NCBI GenBank assembly: GCA_963789265.1
Contig: CAWBKB010000007.1
Coordinates: 128,001-192,000, forward strand
Length of the DNA: 64,000 nucleotides
Direction: 5' to 3'
Source: an uncultured delta proteobacterium
GTDB taxonomy: Bacteria; Desulfobacterota; Desulfomonilia; Desulfomonilales; Desulfomonilaceae
The notes beneath the pieces were generated by a model. The model saw only the letters and a list, made by a program, of their open reading frames with translations, made no database searches and was not told the origin of the DNA. How positions within the stretch are numbered: the stretch's first letter is position 1; each line of letters begins with the position of its first letter. Of this stretch, positions 31,578 to 44,100 are shown piece after piece. A program made the position numbers and the translations under genes.

Positions 31578-32549
31578 TCATTTACCTTCAATGGCGGATT
31601 GATCGGCCGTGGGGGACGCCATCTTGATTGTATTGCCGCCGGCCCTTTTTGCCGCGTATAAGGCCTCGTCCGCAGCCCTTACAAGGTCGTCGGCACTGGT
31701 CGCGTGGTCGGGAATACACGCAACCCCGATAGAGACATTCAGGGAGCCTGAAGGCATGACGTGCTCACATTCGAAAGTGGCTCCGCGAACTTCGTTGATA
31801 ATACGTGAGGAAAGCTCGAGAGCGTTTTCCTTGCCCGCGCCCGGAAAGACAATGACGAACTCTTCGCCTCCATATCTGGCAACAATGTCGTATCCTCGGC
31901 AGGCGCACTTGAGGAGCTGAGCTATTTGAGCCAGCGCCTCATCGCCTTTCTGGTGGCCGTTGCGGTCGTTGTAGATCTTGAAATCATCGATATCAATCAT
32001 GATCAGCACCAATGGTAGGGAGTGGCGCGACGCTTTCAGGGTTTCCGCGTGAAGGGCCTCGTCAAAATAGCGGCGGTTGTGAATGCAGGTCAAAGGGTCT
32101 ATGTACGAAAGTTCCCTGTAGAATTCCCGTTCTTGCGCTCTCCGCTTCAGCTCCCGGTGCTCGAGAGCTTTCTGGACCGCCATTTGGATCTGATCCACAC
32201 TCAAGGGCTTGATCAAATACTCAAGCGCGCCGGCCTTCATGCACTGGACGGCATTGTCTATGGATGCGTAGCCTGTAACCACAATTACGTCAGTCCCACT
32301 CGTGCCGGACTTTAAGCTTTTGATGAGCGAAAGTCCGTCCAGGCCCGGTAGTCGCATATCCGTCACGATCAGATCATAAGCTTTCGCCTCATTTTTCTGA
32401 AGAGCTTCCACACCGTCGCCGCAAACGTCCACTTCAAATCCGGCCTCTCCGATAGCGTCCGCAACTAGGTCTCGGACCACGGGATCGTCATCCACCACAA
32501 GGATTCCTGGATTTTCGGGGTTTTCGTCGATAGGTGACAGAGCTATCAT
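31578..32549 (-). CDS. Response regulator diguanylate cyclase (REC-GGDEF)
   Basis: VVDDD, TDMRLPG.DG, RGYD I-site, RYGGEEF. Confidence 0.95.
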   Translation of the reverse strand: MIALSPIDENPENPGILVVDDDPVVRDLVADAIGEAGFEVDVCGDGVEALQKNEAKAYDLIVTDMRLPGLDGLSLIKSLKSGTSGTDVIVVTGYASIDNAVQCMKAGALEYLIKPLSVDQIQMAVQKALEHRELKRRAQEREFYRELSYIDPLTCIHNRRYFDEALHAETLKASRHSLPLVLIMIDIDDFKIYNDRNGHQKGDEALAQIAQLLKCACRGYDIVARYGGEEFVIVFPGAGKENALELSSRIINEVRGATFECEHVMPSGSLNVSIGVACIPDHATSADDLVRAADEALYAAKRAGGNTIKMASPTADQSAIEGK

Positions 32550-32973
32550 CTGGGTTGTCCGGGCTTGTCATCTTTGCTTCTCCCGACCAAGTTGCCGGCA
32601 AAATGACCAGCCGCCATTCATTGCAGTCTCTATACTCTCGCGCTTCGGTCAGGGCAACCCTTTTGTGACTCTCGGGAAGAACGAACTATAAAAAGTGTAA
32701 CAACACGGCCCCTTCCCGTTGACTATCTTCCGTGAAAGGGTATGGACAGGAATCAAGCGCTTTAGCCGAATTACAGACCCACCTGTTAATTATAATGCTT
32801 TGTAAATGTCCCTCACAATAGCGGCTCTTTGACTTCCCGATGCCTGCCGCAGACGCGATCCGGGGACCGCCTGAACGGCTTGAAAACACAATCGGAATTC
32901 ATTTTCAAGACCGGCTACGGTTTCCTCCCACTCGGGCCGTAGTCCGGCCACATGGGATCGATCACACAATTTG

Positions 32974-33201
32974 GTAATCGTTCACCGCGGAGAGCGCAGA
33001 GACCGCGGAGAATTCTATTTTCTCCGAACGCTTATGCGAATTGTGTACAGCAGGTTCCGGTATGTGATCCCGCGATGCGGGGGAGGACAATGCCGACCTG
33101 ACTGTACGCGCGGTGATTGACGTGGAATTGAATAAACTATCCTTTATCTCTGCGTTCTCTGCGGACTCTGCGGTGAATCTTGAGGCCCGCTGAACGGTTA
33201 C
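32974..33201. mobile_element. MITE-like element (family B) enclosing an ACCGCGGAG-type palindromic repeat
   Basis: IRs GTAATCGTTCA / TGAACGGTTAC; 8-bp direct repeat ACAATTTG at 32966-32973 and 33202-33209. Confidence 0.7.
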
Positions 33202-33219
33202 ACAATTTGAATGCGGCGA

Positions 33220-34490
<1,271 letters not shown>

Positions 34491-34786
34491 TCATCCCCTG
34501 ACGCCATACGACGTGCGTTGAAGGCGCTTCATACGAGGTTATTCTGGTAAAATGAACGTCACGGTCTTGCGTTACGGTTACCGATTTGACCGACATTGTT
34601 GTAGTGGCACATGCGTTAACATAGCTCCGCGGGACGTGGGATTCCTCCCTTTTGTAAAGGGGGGTTAGGGCATCGGTGTTAAAATAGGCTCCAAGGCCTC
34701 CTCGTCCCGGAGGGTCGGCACGATAGTAGCCCGGCGATTTATCGCCCGGAATGAATGGCCAAGAGATCCTTCTTCGCCTCCGAGGG

Positions 34787-35956
34787 TCACAACCCGGCCA
34801 TTGCCCTGATTTCCTCCGCTCTGCGTGTGCTTTCCCACGTGAAATCGGGGTCTTCTCTTCCAAAGTGACCGTTCGCGGACGTTTTGTGGTATATGGGTCT
34901 TAGTAGATCCAGATATTCTATAATTCCCGCTGGCTTAAAACTGAATAGTTTTGAAACGATCTCGATGATTTTGTCATTCGGAACTTTTCCTGTGCCGTAT
35001 GTGTTCACCATTAAGGATACCGGCTCGGGGAAGCCGATGGCGTAGGCCACTTGAAGAAGACACTTCTCGGCCAAGCCTGCTGCGACTATATTCTTCGCAA
35101 CATGCCGGGCCATGTACGAGGCCGATCGGTCCACTTTGCTCGGGTCCTTGCCTGAAAAGGCACCACCGCCGTGAGCTCCGTAGCCGCCGTAAGTATCTAC
35201 GATAATCTTACGGCCGGTTAACCCGCAATCTCCCAGCGGTCCGCCCACCACGAATCTCCCTGTAGCATTAATGAGGTAACGCGTGTTCGCGTCCAGGAAT
35301 TTTGACGGAATAACTTTCTTAATGACTTCTTCTATAATGCCTTCTTTGATCTGATCATACGTGACGTCAGGGCAATGCTGAGCTGCCACGACGATGGTGT
35401 CCACCTTCTGTGGTTTTCCGTTTTCATATCGGACCGTGACTTGAGACTTCCCATCGGGTCGGAGGAAGGGAAGAATGCCTTCTTTGCGCACCTCAGTCAG
35501 CCTTTGGGTTAGCGAGTGCGCATAACTTATGGCCATGGGCATAAGTTCAGGCGTTTCGTCGCTGGCATACCCGAACATCAGTCCCTGGTCACCTGCCCCC
35601 TGCTCTCTGAACATTCCCTCACCCTCGGTAACTCCAATGGAAATGTCCGGGGACTGCTTGTCAAGAGTCACAATGACCGCGCAGGTCTCGCAGTCAAATC
35701 CCATGGACGCGTCTGTGTACCCTATTGTCCGGACAGCCTCGCGAGCCAGGTGGGGAATGTCTACGGAGGCATTTGTGGTGATCTCTCCGGCGATCATGAC
35801 GAGACCGGTAGTGACCAAGGTTTCGCAGGCAACCCTGGATTTGGGGTCCTGAGCCAGCATCGCATCGAGAACGGTATCGGATATCCTGTCGGCTATTTTA
35901 TCGGGATGGCCTTCAGTGACGGACTCGGATGAAAACAGATAACTTCTCATCCCCAT
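34787..35956 (-). CDS. metK: S-adenosylmethionine synthetase
   Basis: [33 protein letters not shown]. Confidence 0.98.
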   Translation of the reverse strand: MGMRSYLFSSESVTEGHPDKIADRISDTVLDAMLAQDPKSRVACETLVTTGLVMIAGEITTNASVDIPHLAREAVRTIGYTDASMGFDCETCAVIVTLDKQSPDISIGVTEGEGMFREQGAGDQGLMFGYASDETPELMPMAISYAHSLTQRLTEVRKEGILPFLRPDGKSQVTVRYENGKPQKVDTIVVAAQHCPDVTYDQIKEGIIEEVIKKVIPSKFLDANTRYLINATGRFVVGGPLGDCGLTGRKIIVDTYGGYGAHGGGAFSGKDPSKVDRSASYMARHVAKNIVAAGLAEKCLLQVAYAIGFPEPVSLMVNTYGTGKVPNDKIIEIVSKLFSFKPAGIIEYLDLLRPIYHKTSANGHFGREDPDFTWESTRRAEEIRAMAGL

Positions 35957-36040
35957 CAGTGAATCTCCTTTCGGCCTGGTTTTTCAAACAGAAATCTGCA
36001 CAGATAAACTGGTAGTATTAACCACATTCGCCCCCCCGCG

Positions 36041-37498
36041 TCAAGAACGAAATCGCTCTACCATGCGTATGGTTTTCCAGTACCCGGAGCGGAAACGAAG
36101 CCAGAAGATTACGCCCAACGCCACAACATAGACGAGGACCCAGCTCCAGGCGGCAAAAAGACCCGCATGAAAGTAATCGATGATCAAATAGACAGGCGGA
36201 ATGAAAAATATCCAAGCCATGAGGATTTGGGCCCACATGGCGAATCGAGTGTCTCCCGCGCCTTTCAAGGCCCCTGAGAAAACAATGAATATCGTGTCAA
36301 ACATTGAGTAAATTGCGATGAGGCGCACCAGAACGATTCCCTTGGCCAGTATTGTATCAAATCCCCGGCTGATGTGGGCGGCCGGCCTGAACATTTCCAA
36401 CAGCGAGCCGGGGACAAAGAGGTATAGTACGGCTGGTATCGCCGTATATGCCAGTGCCAGCTTCAACGCGGAATAGGTGCTCTTCTGCGCTATTTCCGGC
36501 CGGTCCCGCCCGATGTACTCGCCCACGAGGGTCGAGGCGGCAATGGACATTCCAACCATGGGGAGAAAGGCCAGCATTTCTATGCTTAGGGCAATATTTG
36601 CCGCAGCCAGATCCGCTTCTCCCAGTCGTCCCACGAGGAGAATAAACATAGTGAAGGATGCGACATCCAGGAAGAATTGCACGCCTGAGGGGGCGCCATA
36701 GCGAAGAAGCATAGAGAAAAGCCTCGGATCCCATCTGAACTCTTTTCGCGTTCTATATTGGGCCTGATATCGAGGAGACAGAAACAACACGGCCCAGTAC
36801 AAGGCAGGGATGGCCCCAGTAATTGCAGTTGCGAGACCGGCGCCCCGTATGCCCATCTCCGGAAAACCCAACTTTCCAAAAATGAGCGCGTAAGCCAACA
36901 CCAGGTTCGCTCCGTTGCCGGCGAGGTTGCCCCACATCACTACAGCGGTGCGCCCGCGGCCGGAGAAGAAGGACGACAGGGCCGCATTGAACGGGAGCAC
37001 CACCCCACCCACCATAAGAATCGAGAAATACTCTTTTTCCAGCGTGCTAACTGCGACGCCGTGGCCGCTCCATGTGAAAATAATTTTGCCTATTGGTATG
37101 CAGGCCAGGATCAGGGGAGCTGCCGCAACGGAAAAGAAGACACCTTGCCACACCGCTCGTGCGCACGCGGGTTTGTCCCCCGAGCCGTGATGCTGAGCCA
37201 CAATGGCGTTGACGTACTGGGCAGTTCCAAGGAAGATCGAACAGATCGTGAAGTAAGTGATTCCTCCCGGCGTAGCGGCTGCAACCGAGTCCTCGCCGTA
37301 CCACGAGAGGAACATCCTGTCCACGAACAGCATCATGGTCATGGATGCTGTGGACAGGATCAGGGGAAGCGCAACGCGAATGACCTCTCGGTAGCCGCCG
37401 GCTTCTATCGTAGGTCCGGAGAGTACGGCGCCTGCAATCGATTCTCGTCGGCCGTCGCCACTTTTTGAAACGAGGCGGTCGGGCTCGGAATTTCCCAT
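36041..37498 (-). CDS. MATE-family efflux transporter
   Basis: Multiple TM helices; FVDRMFL, PEMGIRGAGLAT, GALKGAGDT. Confidence 0.93.
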   Translation of the reverse strand: MGNSEPDRLVSKSGDGRRESIAGAVLSGPTIEAGGYREVIRVALPLILSTASMTMMLFVDRMFLSWYGEDSVAAATPGGITYFTICSIFLGTAQYVNAIVAQHHGSGDKPACARAVWQGVFFSVAAAPLILACIPIGKIIFTWSGHGVAVSTLEKEYFSILMVGGVVLPFNAALSSFFSGRGRTAVVMWGNLAGNGANLVLAYALIFGKLGFPEMGIRGAGLATAITGAIPALYWAVLFLSPRYQAQYRTRKEFRWDPRLFSMLLRYGAPSGVQFFLDVASFTMFILLVGRLGEADLAAANIALSIEMLAFLPMVGMSIAASTLVGEYIGRDRPEIAQKSTYSALKLALAYTAIPAVLYLFVPGSLLEMFRPAAHISRGFDTILAKGIVLVRLIAIYSMFDTIFIVFSGALKGAGDTRFAMWAQILMAWIFFIPPVYLIIDYFHAGLFAAWSWVLVYVVALGVIFWLRFRSGYWKTIRMVERFRS

Positions 37499-37502
37499 TG
37501 CC

Positions 37503-38111
37503 TCATTTCTTTTTCAGCTTGGAGATAAAAGATCGGATGTCTCCCAAAGCAGACGGCTTGGGTGGTCCGGAGGCTTTGCCTTTAGCCTCCTCTTCCCTGG
37601 CGGCCGCGTTCTTATGGGGACTTTTCGCCGGAGATAATTTCTTGGTTTTTTGTGAGCGCTTTCTATTCTCAGCCCTCGAATGGGCCGTCTCTTCAATCAC
37701 CTCGACCTCTATCTCTTCATCGTCCATCCCGAGATCTGTCCGACCCACAGAGTTCGACGCTGAATCTACCGATTCCTCCTGGAATGAGGGGTTGGTGGCG
37801 TCCGCGCCGCAGGCAGGACATTTCTTAAAGGGATGCGGGCTTGGATGGCTGCAGTGTCCGCAGATGAAAAGGCCCGAAAGGAATTTGGATTCCCTGGCCA
37901 AGTCTCTCTGAACCGCCACTTCCCGACGCCTGGCCAGATCGTCCGCGGTGATAAGATTTTGAGCAAGCAGCGCCTTAATTAGGCTCACGAAACCGCGTGC
38001 AGTTAGCCCGTATTTCTGCCTCAACTCATGATCTGTCAGGGTGGAGCGGAAGTCAGCAAGGAAATTGTTGAGAGGGACTTTGCCGATGCGGTCTTGAGTT
38101 CGATCAGGCAT
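37503..38111 (-). CDS. Hypothetical protein with helical N-domain and Zn ribbon
   Basis: ADFRSTLTDHELRQKYGLT motif (recalled as expanded in Desulfomonile); CGHC...CPAC. Confidence 0.7.
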   Translation of the reverse strand: MPDRTQDRIGKVPLNNFLADFRSTLTDHELRQKYGLTARGFVSLIKALLAQNLITADDLARRREVAVQRDLARESKFLSGLFICGHCSHPSPHPFKKCPACGADATNPSFQEESVDSASNSVGRTDLGMDDEEIEVEVIEETAHSRAENRKRSQKTKKLSPAKSPHKNAAAREEEAKGKASGPPKPSALGDIRSFISKLKKK

Positions 38112-38293
38112 GAACTTTGGCTCGGGTTAACAGTCAGAAGACAGATTTGTCAACGTAGGACACGGGGACCACGTTCCACGCCCTGTCGTCCAGGGATTTT
38201 GAACTAGGAACACTGACTGTCTTGACGGACGGGGTTGTAGCGAGGCCACGGGGCCACTACTTGAAGCAATAGAGACGTGCGCCCCGAAAAATT

Positions 38294-38587
38294 CTACCTG
38301 GACAAGGAAGTGTTCACGGCTTTCTTCAGGACAGGTGAATACTTCCATGTCACAACTCTGCGTGCATCAAGGATCAGCTCTTCCCCGGTCTGCGGATTTC
38401 TTCCCCGCCGGGAATGCTTCGACTTCACGGTCCACTTTCCAAAGCCGGAGATCATGACGTCCTCACCGGCTATGAGCCTAGCTTTAATTATATCCAATAG
38501 CTTTTCAACTATTTCGGTTGCCTCCCCTTTCATAAATCCACAATCGTCAGCTATTTTCTTCGCGATATCAGCCTTTGTAAGAGTCAT
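38294..38587 (-). CDS. ihfA: Integration host factor alpha / HU-family protein
   Basis: LTKADI, ISGFGK, RRGRNPQTGE, RRVVT. Confidence 0.88.
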   Translation of the reverse strand: MTLTKADIAKKIADDCGFMKGEATEIVEKLLDIIKARLIAGEDVMISGFGKWTVKSKHSRRGRNPQTGEELILDARRVVTWKYSPVLKKAVNTSLSR

Positions 38588-38735
38588 CGAAGCCCTCCCA
38601 AAAAACAAAAAACGGAATGAAATGTTTGATTATTTATAACAACCGGTGCGGCGAAAGGCAAGACATTTCTCAAACTTCCGAGAGAAAAGCCTTCGCGGGA
38701 CGATAAGAGACACCGCGGCCGGTGCTCGCCGTCTC

Positions 38736-40279
38736 TCAGCTCGCGGTCCCTTTAAGAAGTCGACCATCGTAGCCCTGACTCCTCAAAGACGCCTGCACCA
38801 TGGCAGTCATGTCCCGCGGTCTGTACATGAAGCGGATGCCCGTACTTAGCCCGAAGCTGTTCATAAGGCGAAAATAGCGCCAGTACGGACCTGGAAATCC
38901 GAGGCACTTGAAAGCGAAAACGGCCGCCCGGGAGAAAACCAGAACCCGCTCGTCAAATCCCAGATAGACCTCGGGGCAGAGTGAAGCAGCGTGGGTCATT
39001 TGATCCACCGCACGGTCGAGATCCAGGTCTTCCGACAGGTACCACAGGCTCTTCAGGGGATCGACCATGTTCGATACGAAACCATCCTTCAATGCTATAT
39101 CCCATAGAGCAGTCCCAGGGTAAACTCGGACGCCGAAGAAATAATTAGCAACGTGGGTTACAGGACGCCCCTGCTTCTGAAGGTACTTCAGGCCGAAATC
39201 AAGAGACTCCTGCAAGGTCTCGTTGGTTTCCCCGGGCCGCCGATCATGAAGAACCACCACGTTGAGAATGAAGTGCGGTTTATGGCCTCGGCCGCGCGGA
39301 TCACTTCCGCCATGGTGAAGCCCTTTTTGTAGTTTCTGAGCATCGTGTCCGAAGCGGACTCGGGGGTTATCATGAACGATTGGAACCCTGCCCGCCACAT
39401 CAGAGCCAGGTACTCGGAATCGAGCCTTCTCGGATGCATGCCCATAGCCGTGAAGTTGGCCTTCCACGGCCTTCGCGCAATCTCTTCCAGAATGGCTATT
39501 GAGTGTTCTATGGGGTCATTGAATACAGAGTCAACGAATTCAAAGCTCTTGGGATGGTACTTGAACAGAGCTTCCTCGATCTCGTCCACTACCTCAATCG
39601 GCGACCGCAGACGCAGACTGTTGCCTTCCAGGGATTGATTGTACGTACAGTAGATGCAGTGCTGTCTGCACCCGCGTTTGGTTTGGATATTGTAGCTGCT
39701 GCCGATTTTCTGGTAGGGTTTAGTGTCTATCCACCTTCCGAGATCAGGACTTCGGCTGTCGAACTTGGTCAGTTTTGGCTCGGTAAGGTGAAACTTGCCG
39801 GCAACCATACGTCCCACCCCCGGGATCTCGTCAGGAGAGCCCCCCGTCTCGATAGCCTTTATCAGCTCGACAAAAGCTTCTTCGCCGTCGGCAACTACTA
39901 TGTAGTCGGCTCCCAGAAGCTCAATCACGTTTGCAGGCATCAGGCTTGCGCCTGATCCTCCCACCACCAGCGGCACAGAGGTAATCTCTCTGATGTACTT
40001 GGTAATCTTAACAATTTCAGGCAAGTAAGTAACAGGACACAGCATGTTCACATTGTCAATATTGCGAATTGACAGTCCTATTATTTGCGGTCTGAAAGAA
40101 CCCATGTTTCTCGATAACAACTTCCTCAAATTCTTCGGGGCAAAGCATAAGTCCAATACTCTGACGTCATGACCCGCAGCTTCCGTCGCGCCGGCTACGT
40201 AGCACAAACCTAGCGGCGGAGCGGCCAACAGGTCGCCTTTCCGATTGGTATTAATTAGCAATATACGCAAGTCAACCAC
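38736..40279 (-). CDS. B12-binding radical SAM protein (lipid-biosynthesis type); frameshift ~39232
   Basis: PPLGLCYV, GLSIRNIDN, QTKRGCRQHCIYC; GGPG-ET split by a missing G. Confidence 0.9.
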
Positions 40280-40324
40280 CCTTCTAATTATTATGTCGGG
40301 CAGGCACGGACGGGCCGGACACGG

Positions 40325-41044
40325 TCAACAAGCCTGATCTCCGGCAACTAAAGCCACAGAAACCCACGCGCCGTTATGCCGAAAAATCCTTACATAAACA
40401 GGATCTTCGGCCGACACACGCGACCATCCCAGGGTTCCTTCAGTGAGATAAGCTTTCAGCGCGGTCCTATCGTGATGCTCGGGACATGATTCCACCCGCA
40501 CGTGTAGCGGATCGATGAGATGAAATCCACAACCCAGCGCTTTCACGACAGCTTCTTTAGCCGACCAGATCATAGCCGCTGTGTCTTCCCTCTTGCCTCC
40601 GGCTTCGAGTTCGCCCTCCTGAAACACCCTTTGAAATGGGTAGTCGCCTCGAAATGAAGCAGAATGCGCTGCATCAATTCCAATGCTGAACCCTGACCGG
40701 CAAACTGCCACCCATAAGGTGTCTCCCTCGTACGCGAAGCTAACGGCTGGGAGTTCTGAGCCATCAATGAGAAGATGCGGCTTGCCCAATTTGTCGGACG
40801 TTATTTCTATTCCGGGCAGGTCTGGATTCTTTAGGTACGGGACCTCGTCCAGCATTCCCGCAATAGAGACCCAAAGAGAAGACACTGCTGCCTGCTTGGC
40901 CCAACTGCGCCGCTTCCTGTCCCGGCCGGTGAAATGCAATCTGAAACCGGCGCACAATATCTCCGGATCGCAGTACGAGAACTCCAGAGTTAGAGCCGCT
41001 AGGCGCTCGGCCGCCCCTTGACTTGATAAGTGTTCAGCCGTCAT
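40325..41044 (-). CDS. 4'-phosphopantetheinyl transferase (start may extend to 41212)
   Basis: GKP, SIGIDAA, WSAKEAVVKALG. Confidence 0.88.
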   Translation of the reverse strand: MTAEHLSSQGAAERLAALTLEFSYCDPEILCAGFRLHFTGRDRKRRSWAKQAAVSSLWVSIAGMLDEVPYLKNPDLPGIEITSDKLGKPHLLIDGSELPAVSFAYEGDTLWVAVCRSGFSIGIDAAHSASFRGDYPFQRVFQEGELEAGGKREDTAAMIWSAKEAVVKALGCGFHLIDPLHVRVESCPEHHDRTALKAYLTEGTLGWSRVSAEDPVYVRIFRHNGAWVSVALVAGDQAC

Positions 41045-41196
41045 CTGGTAGCCGGCAGCAACGCCGGTACTACTGTGAGACCGGTAGGATCGGCCTCTGT
41101 GCCGGTCATCGTAGGGTCGGCGTCCTTTCGAGCCGCTTTCCGGGCAAACGGTGGTCGCGTCGGAGATCTGCTTGGTCGCCAGTGCTGGGACGACGA

Positions 41197-44100
41197 TCAT
41201 TTGGAAAACCATCGCATCATAATGTTCTTCGCTTGCATCACAACTGTTCCGTGCTCATCGAGGGCTCGCGCGTTCCAGCTTATTCCTTCGGCGTTTTGAT
41301 TCTGCATTAGCGCCTCGATGGTGATTCTTTCACCGTCTGAGCATTTTCTCAAGAACTGCATCTCGCCAATCCTATATGGAATCATGGATCGCTTCTCCGA
41401 CGGGTTCCTCATTACAATGTAGAAATTCACCACCTGCATGAGGGCCTCCAGGAGATAAGGTGAGTATTGGTACCGCGTCTGCAACGGATCTGCGAAGTCA
41501 CGGACTTTTCGATAGATCATCCGCCCGCGAATAGTTCGAGAGGAAGTGCCGTTCAAATCTTCGATCACCCGGTACCTGCCACGCAAATCAGTGCGGTCCT
41601 GATACCACTGTATCACCTCGTTACAATCCATAGGCCGGCTGTCCAGCTCATCCAGTCTCACAGGAAAACCGGGAAGTTTCTCCACTTGAAAGGGGCTTGT
41701 TCCCCGAAGCAGCACGAGAGCTTTATAATTTGCGTGAATTCGCTCCATGACCCGCCCTGACGGCGAAATTTCCCTGCTGGCAAGACTGACTTCGCAGACC
41801 ACCTCACCCGGAGAAGCATGTACGCGGCGGCAAGAAATTTCCGAAGATCTTGTGACGCCCGGTGGGCAATCAATGATCTCCAAGAACTGAGCGTCCCGAA
41901 TCCCTCGAACTTCGAGGTAAGGATACAGCACGCGAGCAGCCTCCATGAAGGTCTCCAGAGCCATAATCGCGGATACTAACGGGTGTCTTAGAAACTTGAA
42001 GGGCTTGTGGTCCTGAATCCACAAGTCCTTTTTCAGCGTAAATGACCGAGAGGCTTGAAGATCCCCCTTCAGCATGTCGACCCGCGAGATCGTTTCGATC
42101 ATCGGCAGATCTTCAGGCATAAACGCGACAGTGCCGGCTTCGATCTTGCCGGGCCCGGGCGTGACCTCTTCGGCATCGAGCAGGTACCTGTACTAAGATC
42201 GGGCAATGAGCGCATAAACAGAACCCAAACGTCCTGGGGCGGCGCCACGAAGACTTCACGGCAAAAGAGTCCTGCAAGCTCATGAGCGTGGATGTAACCG
42301 GCCTTCATGCGTTTCATGAGTGCTTTGATATCCGGATCTTCCGCCATGCCGGCCCCCTTGATGGGAGGCAACATCAGAGCTTTGAATCGTATTGACTGAT
42401 CCCGGTGGCGAAGCTGCGCCATTAATGCTGACATCAGCCTGTTTCCGGCGGAATAATTCGCCTGGCCCGGATTTCCCTGAATCGCGGCCGCCGACGAAAG
42501 GCAGGCAAAGAACTTCAAGCACTGCTTCTCTACCGCCGCGTAGAGATTCCAGGCACCCAGGAATTTGACGTCCACGGCTGCGGAGAAGTCGTCGGGGCTC
42601 ATCTGTTTTGCAAAATTGTCCCTGAGAATTCCTGCGCCATGAACGATTCCGTCGATTTTCCCGTAGCGTTCGATGATTTCTCGTACAACGGTTCCGACCT
42701 CCTCAGGATCGGTCACGTCGCACTTGAAGTACGTCGCTTCTATGCCCGACGATTGCAAATCTTCGAGGGTACGGACTATCTCCGTCGCCTTGGAAATCTT
42801 CGAAGTCTCTCGTCCTCGTTCCACATCCGACAGGCCGGGGCCGCGGGCTGCAACCGAATTGCCGATCGCTTCTTCCAACCGAGTTTTCTCGGACATGACT
42901 TGGTGGGAATCGGCATCGAGCGCAGTCCTCCCCAAAAAGATCATCTTGCACCCAAAGGGGACTAGGCTGCGAGCCAGAAAGGAAGTTACGCCGTATCCAC
43001 CGCCGGAAAAAACCACAACGTCTTCCGGTCCAAGTTCCAATGCGTCGGAATCCTGAAAAACCGATTGCGCACACACACCCCTGCGAGAAAAGGATTCTCC
43101 ATCTCGATAAATAGTCTCAATAACCTTCTGACCTCGATCCAGCGATCCGCGAATCGCATCTCTCAATTCGCTTTTCTCATAGAGTCGCACTGAGCGGAAC
43201 TGAACAGACCCAAACTCATGTGCCATGCTGAGAAACATCCCAAGCAATCCTTCGGCCAGCAGCCCCCCGGCGCCTTCGGTTCGATCGGTCTTGTGAAGAA
43301 GCAAAACGAACTTCTTTGCAGGGGATTCCAGGAAGGTCTTTAATGAGCAGAAAAATCCCTTGAGCAGGCGAGAAACATCCTGCACGCTCAGTTGCTTGGT
43401 AGCGGGCGCGTCATCCACTATGAAGACCATTCCCGCCAGGGCTTCAATCTGGCCGATCCGTCTAGCGGCCTTCGACGCTCCATCATCGGCGCGAATATCG
43501 AATTCCTTCCCGTCTTGGCCCATTCCACCTTCCACAAAGGTCAACGGAACAATATTTACCCCATAGTCCCGGCGAAAGACGTCTCCTGTGATTTTGCGAA
43601 GCTCGGTCCCGCTGGTGGGGGAAAAGATGGCCACTGATTCGAGCGGACTTAGCTCGATCAACTGAATAGGGCCGGCTTCCACAGGGATTTCTCTGAAAAC
43701 CAGCCTACGTATGCTCTGAGTCTCTTCGGACATCTCCGGTGCTGTCTGTTCCTCCGACTGAGCAGAAGGCGCGCCGGTCTTTGCAACCGGCCGCGCCTGC
43801 TCCGACCGGGTCACTACCTCGGCTATTCGATCGGAAATGTCCTTGACAGTCCGCACATCCATGAAATCTTCAAGCTCGATCTTGATCCCAAAGTGGCTCT
43901 CTACTGCATCCATGATGACGGGCAGACGGCTGGAACGTATCGAGAGGTCTTCTCTCAGGTCCATGTCCGGCTCGATCTCATCCCTTTCGTAGCCAGTGGC
44001 CTCCATAATTATTCGGATAACGGTCTCGGTGCCATCAACACTTTCCGGTTCAACCATAGGTACATTGCCCGCGGCCCGGACTGTCGACGAGAGTTGTCCC

